Below the pieces are notes generated by a model. That model was not told where the DNA came from, made no database searches, and saw only the letters and a program-made list of their open reading frames with translations. Below are positions 28,901-38,973 of a stretch of DNA of 64,000 nt, one piece after another. Source of the DNA: Patescibacteria group bacterium (GTDB taxonomy: Bacteria > Patescibacteriota > Patescibacteriia > UBA1558 > GWA2-36-10); assembly GCA_041650755.1 (NCBI GenBank), contig JBAZKN010000001.1:314309-378308 (forward strand). The letters run 5' to 3'. The stretch's first letter is position 1. Each line of letters opens with the position of its first letter. The position numbers and the translations under genes are program-made.

Positions 28901-30259
28901 ATGGCTCTGAGCTATAAAGTGGCCATCTGCGGTCGGATCAATGTAGGTAAATCGACTCTATTCAACCGACTAATATCTTCCCCCAAAGCTATTGTCTCGG
29001 CAATAGCCGGCACGACTCGCGACAGAAATTATGCTGATTGCGAATGGGATAAAACCAGCTTTCAATTGATTGATACTGGCGGTTTTGTCGCTAAAACCAA
29101 TAACATTATTGACCAAAAAATAAACCAACAAGCTGATACGGCTGCTAAAGAGGCCGATCTTTTATTATTTGTAGTTGATACTCGCGCCGGCCTAGTCCCG
29201 GAAGACAAACAAATAGCCAGAATGCTATCAAACTACAAAAAACCCATTATCCTGGTAGCCAATAAGGCTGATAATCTCCGCTGGCGTCAGCAAACCGCAA
29301 ATTTTTATCAACTGGGTTTAGGTGATCCGCATCCGGTCTCAGCCATAAATGGCTCTGGCAGTGGCGATTTACTGGACGCTATTGTAAATATTTTGCAAAA
29401 AACAAAGAAAAGAATAAAAACAAAAACACCTGAACAACGAGTCATCAAGGTGGCGATAGTCGGCCAACCCAATGTAGGAAAATCATCTTTGGTCAATAGT
29501 CTGGTCGGGCAAGAACGCTTGATAGTCTCTCATCTGCCCCACACGACTCGCGATGCCCAAGATATTTCTCTGGTTTACCATGGCCAAAATATCATCCTGA
29601 TAGACACGGCTGGCTTGAGGCGCAAAACCAAAAAAGCTGTCGACCCCTTTGAAAAACAAAGCGTAGCCCAAAGCGTCATGACTTTAAAAAAATCAGATAT
29701 AACTATATTGGTAACCGACGTTACCAAACCGCTCACCTGGCAAGATAAAAATTTATTACAAGAAACTGTCAACGCTGGTAAAGGCGTCATTATCCTGGCC
29801 AACAAATGGGATTTGATACCCGACAAAAAAACCGATACTATAAAAAAATATGATGACTACTACCATAGTTTCTTCCCTTTTGTCACCTGGGCGCCGCTGC
29901 TCTATACTTCTGCTCTGGATAAAACCCGCTTAGCCAAAATCCTGCCCCTGATAATGGCTATTTGGCAGGAAAAAAATCGAGTAATAGACGCTAATGCTTT
30001 GGATAAGCTGCTCAAAAAAATCGTCAAAAAACACAAGCCGGCCAAAGGCAAAGGCACCAAGCAACCTTATATTTATTCCCTCAAGCAAACCGGCACCAAT
30101 CCCCCCCGTTTTGAAATAAAAATTGATTTTAAAAGCGAGCTACATCATTCTTACCTCCGTTTTATTGAAAACAATCTGCGCTATAAATTTGGTTTTAATG
30201 GCGTGCCGATAAAGATACACATCGCTAAAACTCAAAATGCCACTGATAAAACAAAATAA
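28901..30259 (+). CDS. der: ribosome biogenesis GTPase Der/EngA
   Basis: two G domains (GRINVGKS and GQPNVGKSS; DTGG and DTAG) plus KH-like C-terminus. Confidence 0.96.
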   Translation: MALSYKVAICGRINVGKSTLFNRLISSPKAIVSAIAGTTRDRNYADCEWDKTSFQLIDTGGFVAKTNNIIDQKINQQADTAAKEADLLLFVVDTRAGLVPEDKQIARMLSNYKKPIILVANKADNLRWRQQTANFYQLGLGDPHPVSAINGSGSGDLLDAIVNILQKTKKRIKTKTPEQRVIKVAIVGQPNVGKSSLVNSLVGQERLIVSHLPHTTRDAQDISLVYHGQNIILIDTAGLRRKTKKAVDPFEKQSVAQSVMTLKKSDITILVTDVTKPLTWQDKNLLQETVNAGKGVIILANKWDLIPDKKTDTIKKYDDYYHSFFPFVTWAPLLYTSALDKTRLAKILPLIMAIWQEKNRVIDANALDKLLKKIVKKHKPAKGKGTKQPYIYSLKQTGTNPPRFEIKIDFKSELHHSYLRFIENNLRYKFGFNGVPIKIHIAKTQNATDKTK

Positions 30260-30263
30260 AAAT

Positions 30264-30836
30264 ATGAAACTAATCATTGGTTTGGGCAACCCCGACAAAG
30301 AGTATCAATTTACCAGGCACAATTTTGGCTGGCTGGCAGTAGATAAATTGGCCAGCAAGCTTAATTTGGTATGGGACAAATCACCAGACAAAAAAAGCCT
30401 GGTGACTGACTTTAGTCATGGCCGAGAAAAAATTCTGATCGGCAAAACTCTGACCTATATGAATAATTCCGGGGAAGCTGCACTGTCTTTAGCTCAATAT
30501 TATAAAATTGATGTCGGCAATCTGATTGTCATCCACGATGATCTGGATTTGCCCTTCGGCGCCATACGCTTAGCTCAAAACCGCTCTAGTGGCGGCCACC
30601 AGGGCTTGGAATCAATCATTAAATATTTTAAATCGCAAGATTTTATTCGGGTCAGACTTGGCATCGGGCCACAAATCGGCAAGGCTGAAGATTTTGTTTT
30701 GGCTAAATTTTCTGAAGAAGAAAAAAAGAAATTACCAGAAGTGATTGATACCAGCCACCTCATCCTAGAAATATTGCTCACCCAGGGTTTTGCTGATGCC
30801 GCTAATAAATACAACCAAAAAATCCCCTTGCTTTAA
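30264..30836 (+). CDS. pth: peptidyl-tRNA hydrolase
   Basis: MKLIIGLGNP, TRHNFG, HDDLD and GGHQG; start placed at MKLII. Confidence 0.96.
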   Translation: MKLIIGLGNPDKEYQFTRHNFGWLAVDKLASKLNLVWDKSPDKKSLVTDFSHGREKILIGKTLTYMNNSGEAALSLAQYYKIDVGNLIVIHDDLDLPFGAIRLAQNRSSGGHQGLESIIKYFKSQDFIRVRLGIGPQIGKAEDFVLAKFSEEEKKKLPEVIDTSHLILEILLTQGFADAANKYNQKIPLL

Positions 30837-30847
30837 GGGGATTTTTT
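30817..30847. terminator. bidirectional-type terminator at the pth 3' end
   Basis: AAAAAATCCCCTT-GCTTT-AAGGGGATTTTTT. Confidence 0.85.
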
Positions 30848-30861
30848 AAATTAAGAGGCAT

Positions 30862-30890
30862 TTGACAAACCTGAAAGTTTTGTTTATGAT
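30862..30890 (+). promoter_or_regulatory. promoter of cassette 3
   Basis: TTGACA-17nt-TATGAT. Confidence 0.85.
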
Positions 30891-30942
30891 ATAAAGTTTT
30901 AAAGTTCTTGACATAGGGAGATCAAACGCGGGAGGACATAGA

Positions 30943-31632
30943 ATGTCATCGACAAACGCTCTGGGCTTCTGTGGACGTTTTGGCGCCACTTTCATGGCCC
31001 CAAAGCTCGCCATGGAAGAAGTCAGGATCCAGCCGCGGTGGGTAGCCGCTGGCCTAGTCCTGATGGTGGTTGCTGCCATCTTCAGTGGGGCAACTATGCG
31101 CATCGCCGGGGTGGAGAACCTCGAGCTCATGCGAGAAACGTCCATGGGGCAACTCATAGACATCGATGCTCTGCAAGAGCAGGCAGCCAATACGTCGGCC
31201 GACGCGGTGATCAAGACTATCATCATCAGCGCCATCGACAGTTGGTTCAATCTGTTTCTTGTCGCCTTTGGCTGGCTAATCTGCTGCAAGATCGGCGGCG
31301 GGGTAGGCACATTCAAACAGATGCTCGGCGTCGTGGCCTGGGGAAAGCTCATCTCGGCTAGCGGGATGATAGTCAAGCTGCCTCTGATACTATCCCTGAA
31401 TTCAGTAGCCAGAGTCAGCACAAGTTTGGCTCTGCTGTCTGGCGACCCCAATTCGCTGTCCTATCAACTCCTGGATATCTTCGACTTCTTTGCCATCTGG
31501 AGCCTGATAGTGATCGCCATCGGGATCAAGGCAGTGCACAACTTCAGCCGCAACCAAACAATCGCTGTCGCCAGCCTACCATGGCTATTGGTCAAACTGG
31601 CGAGTGTCAGCTTGTCCAGGATGTTTCTCTAG
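30943..31632 (+). CDS. Yip1-domain membrane protein (GC-rich cassette 3)
   Basis: GGAGG SD; P...EV...PRW, GGxGTFKQ and DIFDFFAIW...IGI pattern of Yip1-like proteins; about 60% GC in a sample line. Confidence 0.8.
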   Translation: MSSTNALGFCGRFGATFMAPKLAMEEVRIQPRWVAAGLVLMVVAAIFSGATMRIAGVENLELMRETSMGQLIDIDALQEQAANTSADAVIKTIIISAIDSWFNLFLVAFGWLICCKIGGGVGTFKQMLGVVAWGKLISASGMIVKLPLILSLNSVARVSTSLALLSGDPNSLSYQLLDIFDFFAIWSLIVIAIGIKAVHNFSRNQTIAVASLPWLLVKLASVSLSRMFL

Positions 31633-31659
31633 ACGGCGATCGACCGCGCTTTTGGCTCG

Positions 31660-31689
31660 ACCCGTCGCGTCTCATGCGACGGGTTTTTT
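31660..31689 (+). terminator. terminator of cassette 3
   Basis: ACCCGTCGCGT-CTC-ATGCGACGGGT followed by a T tract. Confidence 0.88.
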
Positions 31690-31699
31690 ATCTACAAAA

Positions 31700-31728
31700 T
31701 TGACAAATAGGGTGTAATGCACTAAGAT
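31700..31728 (+). promoter_or_regulatory. promoter of cassette 4
   Basis: TTGACA-17nt-TAAGAT. Confidence 0.85.
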
Positions 31729-31776
31729 GGCCCCGTAAACCCACCACGATCTTTTCGAAACGCTGGAGGCACTCAA

Positions 31777-32061
31777 ATGCTAACTGTAAAGGTCTACTGT
31801 CCAAAAGGTCACGTACTCTTACTTGACCAAATGCTGTGGATGATCCCAATAAATCAGCTAGAGGCAAGCGAGAGTTACTGTCCGCAATGTCAGGAATGCC
31901 ATCTGACAATCCGCGCTTTCTGCACCAATGGCCACGAAGCTTGGTTGTCGGCAACTGACAAACGGCTCTCAATCAACCAGTTGTCGATGCGCGATACGTC
32001 TTGTCCGACGTGTCTTGGACAGGCGGTTGATCAAATCATCGATCAGTCAAAAAAACCATGA
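31777..32061 (+). CDS. small double zinc-ribbon protein (cassette 4)
   Basis: GGAGG SD 7 nt upstream; two CxxGH...INQL...CPxC repeats. Confidence 0.75.
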   Translation: MLTVKVYCPKGHVLLLDQMLWMIPINQLEASESYCPQCQECHLTIRAFCTNGHEAWLSATDKRLSINQLSMRDTSCPTCLGQAVDQIIDQSKKP

Positions 32062-32114
32062 GCCTCAAGGGAAGTGAACCATATCGGTCAATAAATAAAC
32101 AGCCCCCGGCCCAT

Positions 32115-32139
32115 TCCGACCATGTGGTCGGATTTTTTT
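32115..32139 (+). terminator. terminator of cassette 4
   Basis: TCCGACCA-TG-TGGTCGGA followed by T7. Confidence 0.85.
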
Positions 32140-32150
32140 ATTTACCAAGA

Positions 32151-32179
32151 TTGACATAAATAAAATCATAATCTAAAAT
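32151..32179 (+). promoter_or_regulatory. promoter of cassette 5
   Basis: TTGACA-17nt-TAAAAT. Confidence 0.85.
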
Positions 32180-32230
32180 TATTCACAGAAACCGTTCGTT
32201 CCAACCAAGGCCCTTTTGGGGAGGTGCGCT

Positions 32231-32422
32231 ATGGCTATGATCATCACCTGCAACGGGTGCGGCACAGAACTCGAAGAGCTGCCCGATGAGCATGCCCCAA
32301 CTACGCTGGCTACGGAGCGCCAGAAAATCCGCCACTGCTCTGTCTGCCAGAAAGCGCAAGCCAACCTGGTGCGACAGCCGCGTCTCTTCAAGTTCGACCC
32401 TATTCCGACGCCGGCAGCCTGA
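32231..32422 (+). CDS. 63-aa zinc-ribbon protein (cassette 5)
   Basis: GGAGGTG SD before ATG at 32231; CNGC...CSVC. Confidence 0.72.
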   Translation: MAMIITCNGCGTELEELPDEHAPTTLATERQKIRHCSVCQKAQANLVRQPRLFKFDPIPTPAA

Positions 32423-32449
32423 TGGCTGCCACCACTCTCCATCCCCACC

Positions 32450-32476
32450 GACTCGTCCTAGCGGCGAGTCTTTTTT
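32450..32476 (+). terminator. terminator of cassette 5
   Basis: GACTCGTC-CTAGC-GGCGAGTC followed by T6. Confidence 0.82.
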
Positions 32477-32480
32477 ATAC

Positions 32481-32513
32481 AAAAAACCCTGCGCTAAATT
32501 GGCAGAGTTTTTT
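32481..32513 (-). terminator. terminator downstream of rplA
   Basis: AAAAAACcCTGC...GCAGaGTTTTTT hairpin. Confidence 0.7.
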
Positions 32514-32528
32514 ATAGAGGTAATCTTA

Positions 32529-33215
32529 TTAATTAATGGATACTTTGATGCTCGGACCCATAGTAGATGTCAAATATAACCCGAGTAAATATGTACCTTT
32601 CATGCTCTGTGGCTTAGCTTTTTTAAGAACTTCCACAAAAACCTGAAAGTTAGCCAATAGCTGTTCGGCAGTATAAGACGCCTTGCCAATGGCTGTATGG
32701 ACATTGCCAGTATCATCATTTTTAAATGACACTTTGCCAGCCTTTAGCTCGCTTATCATTTTCTTGACATCGGTATCAATGGTGCCGGTCTTGGGATTTG
32801 GCATCAAGCCTTTTTGACCCAAAACTTTGGCAATGCCAGCTAAATTTTTCATCATTTCCGGCACAGTCACGGCGATATCAAAATCGCATTTGCCATCTTT
32901 TTTGATTTGCTCTATGAGCTCATCACCACCCACTATATCGGCGCCGGCGCTCTTGGCATCTTTGGCATAGGCTTCTGGCACAAAAGCGGCTACTTTTACC
33001 TTTTTACCGCTACCATGAGGCAGGACTACTGAAGCTCTGACAATCTGATCGCCTTTTTTTGGATCAATGCCCAAGTGGGCATGAACTTCTACGGTGGCAT
33101 CAAATTTTAAACCAGCGGTAGATTTTACCAAATCAATAGCTTCTTCTGGCCGATAAATCTTACCCGGCTCTATTCTGGCTCGGGCATCTTTCAAGCGTTT
33201 GCTTATTTTTGACAT
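32529..33215 (-). CDS. rplA: 50S ribosomal protein uL1
   Basis: KFDATVE, LPHGSGK, GLMPNPKTGT and STMGPS. Confidence 0.98.
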   Translation of the reverse strand: MSKISKRLKDARARIEPGKIYRPEEAIDLVKSTAGLKFDATVEVHAHLGIDPKKGDQIVRASVVLPHGSGKKVKVAAFVPEAYAKDAKSAGADIVGGDELIEQIKKDGKCDFDIAVTVPEMMKNLAGIAKVLGQKGLMPNPKTGTIDTDVKKMISELKAGKVSFKNDDTGNVHTAIGKASYTAEQLLANFQVFVEVLKKAKPQSMKGTYLLGLYLTSTMGPSIKVSIN

Positions 33216-33230
33216 AGAATTATTTTTGAC

Positions 33231-33267
33231 GAGGTTATGGCGCCTGTCCGACTAGGCAGGCTCCCTC
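33231..33267 (-). promoter_or_regulatory. uL1-binding autoregulatory RNA element between rplK and rplA
   Basis: GAGGGAG-CCUG...CAGG-CGCCAUAA-CCUC matches the GGGAG/asymmetric-loop architecture of L1 operators. Confidence 0.7.
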
Positions 33268-33278
33268 ATTAATAAAAT

Positions 33279-33704
33279 TTAGCCTTCAATTTTGACGCCC
33301 ATCTGTCTGGCGGTGCCAGCAATAATCTTCTTAGCTGCCTCAATATCTGTAGTGTTGAGATCTGGCAGCTTGGCTTTGGCAATCTCGGTCAACTGAGCAT
33401 CGGTCAAAACGCCCACTTTTTCCTGAAGCGGCTTGCCTGAACCCTTGGCTAGGCTGATTTTCTTTTTAATCATTTCTGAAGCTGGCGCGGTTTTCAAAAT
33501 AAAAGAAAATGTCCTATCGGTATAAATGGTCAGCTCCACCGGCACCACTTCGCCTTGACGATTCTTGGTAGCTTCATTGAACTTGGTGCAAAATTCTTGG
33601 ATATTAACACCATGCGGACCCAAGGCTGTGCCGACTGGCGGTGCTGGTGTGGCCTTAGCGCCCACTACTTGTAATTTTACAATTTGCTTTATTTCTTTAG
33701 CCAT
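33279..33704 (-). CDS. rplK: 50S ribosomal protein uL11
   Basis: ATPAPPVGTALG, FCTKFN and IAGTARQMG. Confidence 0.98.
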   Translation of the reverse strand: MAKEIKQIVKLQVVGAKATPAPPVGTALGPHGVNIQEFCTKFNEATKNRQGEVVPVELTIYTDRTFSFILKTAPASEMIKKKISLAKGSGKPLQEKVGVLTDAQLTEIAKAKLPDLNTTDIEAAKKIIAGTARQMGVKIEG

Positions 33705-33710
33705 ATAATT

Positions 33711-33805
33711 TTTGCTTATTGCTGATAGCCTATAGTATGTAGCTTATGGACACCACTTTAATTATGACTATAGACCACAGGCTATGCGCCATAAGCTACT
33801 AGCTA
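33711..33805. repeat. degenerate heptamer-repeat inverted element (copy 1)
   Basis: gcttatt/gctgata/gcctata/gcttatg units with inverted ataagc/tagcta units; related copy at 52074-52166. Confidence 0.6.
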
Positions 33806-33806
33806 A

Positions 33807-34352
33807 TTATACTTTTTTAATCTGTAAAAAATCCAATTCTACTGGCGTTTCCCGGCCAAACATGGATACCAAAACCTTGGCCTTGCCTCTGGCTTCATCG
33901 ATTTCAGAGACCTTGCCCTCATAGTCTTTGAATGGACCGTCAGTAATCTTGACCAGCTCGCCTTCGGCAATATCAATCTTGAACTCTGGCTCTTCTTGAC
34001 CCATGCGAGACAAAAGAGATTTGATTTCGTCTTCCGAAACAGGCGTGGGAGTAGTACCGGAACCCACAAAGCCAGTTACATTGGGCGTGTTTCTCACCAC
34101 ATACCAAGAAGCATCCGTCACAATCATGTTCACCAAAACATAGCCGGGGAAAATCTTTTCCTTGACAGTCCTGCGCTTGCCGTTTTTGATCTTAATCTTA
34201 TTTTCAGTCGGAATCAAAATATCAAAAATTTTGTCTTCCATATCCATAGATTCTATTCTCTGTTTCAAGTTACGAGCGACATTTTCTTCATAACCAGAAT
34301 AGGTATGCAAGACATACCAGCGCCGACCTTGTTGTGAACTTTGCTTTGGCAT
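33807..34352 (-). CDS. nusG: transcription termination/antitermination factor NusG
   Basis: WYVLHTYSGYE, FPGYVLV, KOW motif and FGRETPVEL. Confidence 0.98.
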   Translation of the reverse strand: MPKQSSQQGRRWYVLHTYSGYEENVARNLKQRIESMDMEDKIFDILIPTENKIKIKNGKRRTVKEKIFPGYVLVNMIVTDASWYVVRNTPNVTGFVGSGTTPTPVSEDEIKSLLSRMGQEEPEFKIDIAEGELVKITDGPFKDYEGKVSEIDEARGKAKVLVSMFGRETPVELDFLQIKKV

Positions 34353-34364
34353 ATGATAAAAAAA

Positions 34365-34550
34365 TTATTTAATAAGAGTAATTTCCAAAACCTTACTCAA
34401 AATATAATCCATGGCTCCTAAAAATAGCGCCACCGCCAAAGAAATAATAATCACTACCAAAGTATGATTTGTAGTTGTCTGCCGAGATGGCCAGACGACT
34501 TTGGCCAGCTCTTCTCTGGCGCCTTTTAAATAATTCGTTAGTTTGCTCAT
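34365..34550 (-). CDS. secE: preprotein translocase SecE
   Basis: ELAKVVWPSR plus a TM helix, upstream of nusG. Confidence 0.95.
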   Translation of the reverse strand: MSKLTNYLKGAREELAKVVWPSRQTTTNHTLVVIIISLAVALFLGAMDYILSKVLEITLIK

Positions 34551-34690
34551 GGGTGTAAAAATAGGTTCTTTAAAACAGCCCCGAGGTGCTGTTTAACTGC
34601 GCATTACTATAGCATAAAAAAAATAATAAGGCAAGGGGTATTTTGCCTGAGCATTGTTTTTATAATTTATTTTGCTAATATTAGCCAAAA

Positions 34691-35068
34691 TTATCTTAGT
34701 TTTTCTTTACTGGCCATAATGCAGGTCTGGCTAATAAAATTTATATCATTATCTTGACAAAATTTTATAGCCGTCTCACTCTCTGCTCCGGGCTGGAACC
34801 AAACATCGTTAATGCCTTTATTTTTTATATCGCGCAAAACTTCTTCTGTGACTTTTGGCTGAGTGATAAAAACCGCGCCATCAATCTTTTGCGGCACATG
34901 CAAGACACTTGGGAAAACGGTTGAACCCAGCAGCCGGCCGCCTTTGGGATTGATAGGAATCACATTCCAGCCAGCGGCCAATAAGTCGGCAAAAACTTTG
35001 TAGCCATATTTTTTTGGATCAAAAGAGGCGCCAACTATCGCCACTATGTGTCTTGAAGAAAATGGCAT
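34691..35068 (-). CDS. CoA-binding protein (YccU-like)
   Basis: AIVGAS..PKKYG, PINPK and VWFQPGAES. Confidence 0.9.
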   Translation of the reverse strand: MPFSSRHIVAIVGASFDPKKYGYKVFADLLAAGWNVIPINPKGGRLLGSTVFPSVLHVPQKIDGAVFITQPKVTEEVLRDIKNKGINDVWFQPGAESETAIKFCQDNDINFISQTCIMASKEKLR

Positions 35069-35072
35069 AAGA

Positions 35073-36800
35073 TTATTTTTTTATAAATATTAACCAATTG
35101 TTTGCCGCATCTATCAATTGCCAATCTTGGTCACTAATTAAATTTTTGGCTAAGTAAATTTGACTTTCTTGGCCGCCGTTCGGATACTTGTCTTGCCAAA
35201 AAAACAGAGTATAAAATTGCGGATCGTTTGGATCATTATAAAGCAACAAGGCATCAATTGGCCGCGGCTTGCCCTGGGCAATAATCTTCATAAAATCTAG
35301 CGAGCTTGTGGCTAGGGCCATATCCTCTATCAGGCGCAAACGCTGTGAATAGACAGCTGCTGGATGACTAAAATGGGGACTATAAACTATATAATAAGAT
35401 AAAGGCAAATAGGCATTCAACTCGGGCAAGCCGCTGGACAGCCAGGTGCGCTGCTGATAATCCGGCACCTTGGCCCTGATAGTATCAGCCAATTGCAGTG
35501 TGGCTTGCGGCGCAACCAGATCCTTTTCTAGCTGATGCAGTATATTCTGATTATCAACAAACTTTATCATTGGTAATTGCGTCACCAAAATGAGCGAGAC
35601 GGCAATTACAAAAATTGATAAGTATTTTGGCTTGTTTGTCTGATAATACTGATAAGTATAAACTAAAATCTGGCTCAAGCCAACTGCTACCAGAGCGCTG
35701 CCCAAAAACATAAATGGCTTAGCTGGCAAAAGCGGCTTAGTGCCAAAAATAAAAAATACCAGACCCAAAGCTTGATATAAATAACAAGCCACCAAGGCCC
35801 AAAGGCAGGCCCTGCTATGTTTTGCTTGATGATAAGTCCACAATAAACCCAGCAGCCCGGCTAACCACAAAAATCCTCTAATAGAAACAAGCGACCAGGG
35901 ATTAAAAGTGAAGAAGTCACTAGGTACAAAAAACGTAGCCAGCCAATTTTCCCAACCATAGCGCCAGCCAGATAAAAATATAGGAAATAGGTAAGGTAAG
36001 GCTGCCAAAAAAATAATAATGCCCACCCAAAATAGTCTTTTCAGCTGCTGAGCGCGATCTTTTTGACCAACAATCAATAGCAAAAGCACTGGTATAATAA
36101 TCAGCCACCAAAAATAAAAAAGCAAGAATAATATGGCTCCACTCAAGCCAAAGCACCAATAATATTTTTTGGGCCACTGGCTTTGAGAAAAAATGTGCGA
36201 CCAGAGCATCAGCCAAATCACCATAAATAAGGCGGAAACAGCTTCATAGGGCTTGAGTAAAATAGTGTCGAAATCAAGAAGCAATAAATAAATAGTGGGC
36301 AAGAGCCACCAAAACCAAGGTTGGCTGATGATAGCTGGCCGATCGTCCTGATATTTATAAATCTTGGACCAAAACAATTTAAAAGCAAAATAAGAAACAA
36401 AAAACCAACTAGCCAGAGTCAAAACAATACCGATTTTGGTGGCTACAATAGCATTATGAACAGACAATAAGGCTGCTAGCCCGCCAGTCAGCCAAAAGTA
36501 CAACGGCGGATAAAAAGTCGGCAAATAAGCATAATAAAAATCAGACCAAAGGTGCCCGGACAAAACCTGCTGCAAAAAAGCGGCAATGTATAATTCATCG
36601 CCAGTCGTGCCCCACCACATGCGCTGACAGGGAATAGCCAAAACAATATAAAAAATAATAATAGCTAGGGCCGTCAGGGCCAAAAAAACCACTGGCCTAG
36701 CTCGCTTGCGCCAGCTCCACCACAGCAACAGCAAGTAAACTAGCAGAACTATCTTGCTGCCAGCTAAAATTTTTATAGTGGTCAGGCTGAATTCAGCCAT
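35073..36800 (-). CDS. AftA-like GT-C membrane glycosyltransferase (arabinofuranosyltransferase family)
   Basis: GDE...DFYYAYLPTFYPPLYFWLTG, KPYEA and SPHFSHPAA...R resemble actinobacterial AftA motifs; many TM helices. Confidence 0.7.
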   Translation of the reverse strand: MAEFSLTTIKILAGSKIVLLVYLLLLWWSWRKRARPVVFLALTALAIIIFYIVLAIPCQRMWWGTTGDELYIAAFLQQVLSGHLWSDFYYAYLPTFYPPLYFWLTGGLAALLSVHNAIVATKIGIVLTLASWFFVSYFAFKLFWSKIYKYQDDRPAIISQPWFWWLLPTIYLLLLDFDTILLKPYEAVSALFMVIWLMLWSHIFSQSQWPKKYYWCFGLSGAILFLLFYFWWLIIIPVLLLLIVGQKDRAQQLKRLFWVGIIIFLAALPYLFPIFLSGWRYGWENWLATFFVPSDFFTFNPWSLVSIRGFLWLAGLLGLLWTYHQAKHSRACLWALVACYLYQALGLVFFIFGTKPLLPAKPFMFLGSALVAVGLSQILVYTYQYYQTNKPKYLSIFVIAVSLILVTQLPMIKFVDNQNILHQLEKDLVAPQATLQLADTIRAKVPDYQQRTWLSSGLPELNAYLPLSYYIVYSPHFSHPAAVYSQRLRLIEDMALATSSLDFMKIIAQGKPRPIDALLLYNDPNDPQFYTLFFWQDKYPNGGQESQIYLAKNLISDQDWQLIDAANNWLIFIKK

Positions 36801-36805
36801 AATAT

Positions 36806-38824
<2,019 letters not shown>

Positions 38825-38973
38825 TTATGCTAATTTTGTAAGTACATTGTAGCATAAAATCAGCAAAAAAACAACCCAATTTGAGTTGTTTTTTATCTTA
38901 AAATTTTAGCTAATATTAGGGAAAAAATTAATAATATAAATTTTTAATTTACATAACAAGCTAACTAAATTAT

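Noticed and set aside
30817-32513. Integron cassette array
   Set aside because: No integrase, no RYYYAAC...GTTRRRY attC folds, and each unit has its own promoter.
30846-32579. Alternative overlapping ORFs (30846-31451 -, 31688-31972 -, 32179-32482 -, 32286-32579 +)
   Set aside because: They run across promoters and terminators and lack an RBS; the SD-led plus-strand frames explain the region.
34551-34620. tRNA-Trp expected upstream of secE
   Set aside because: Only a short hairpin and a promoter are present; no cloverleaf or TTCGA arm.
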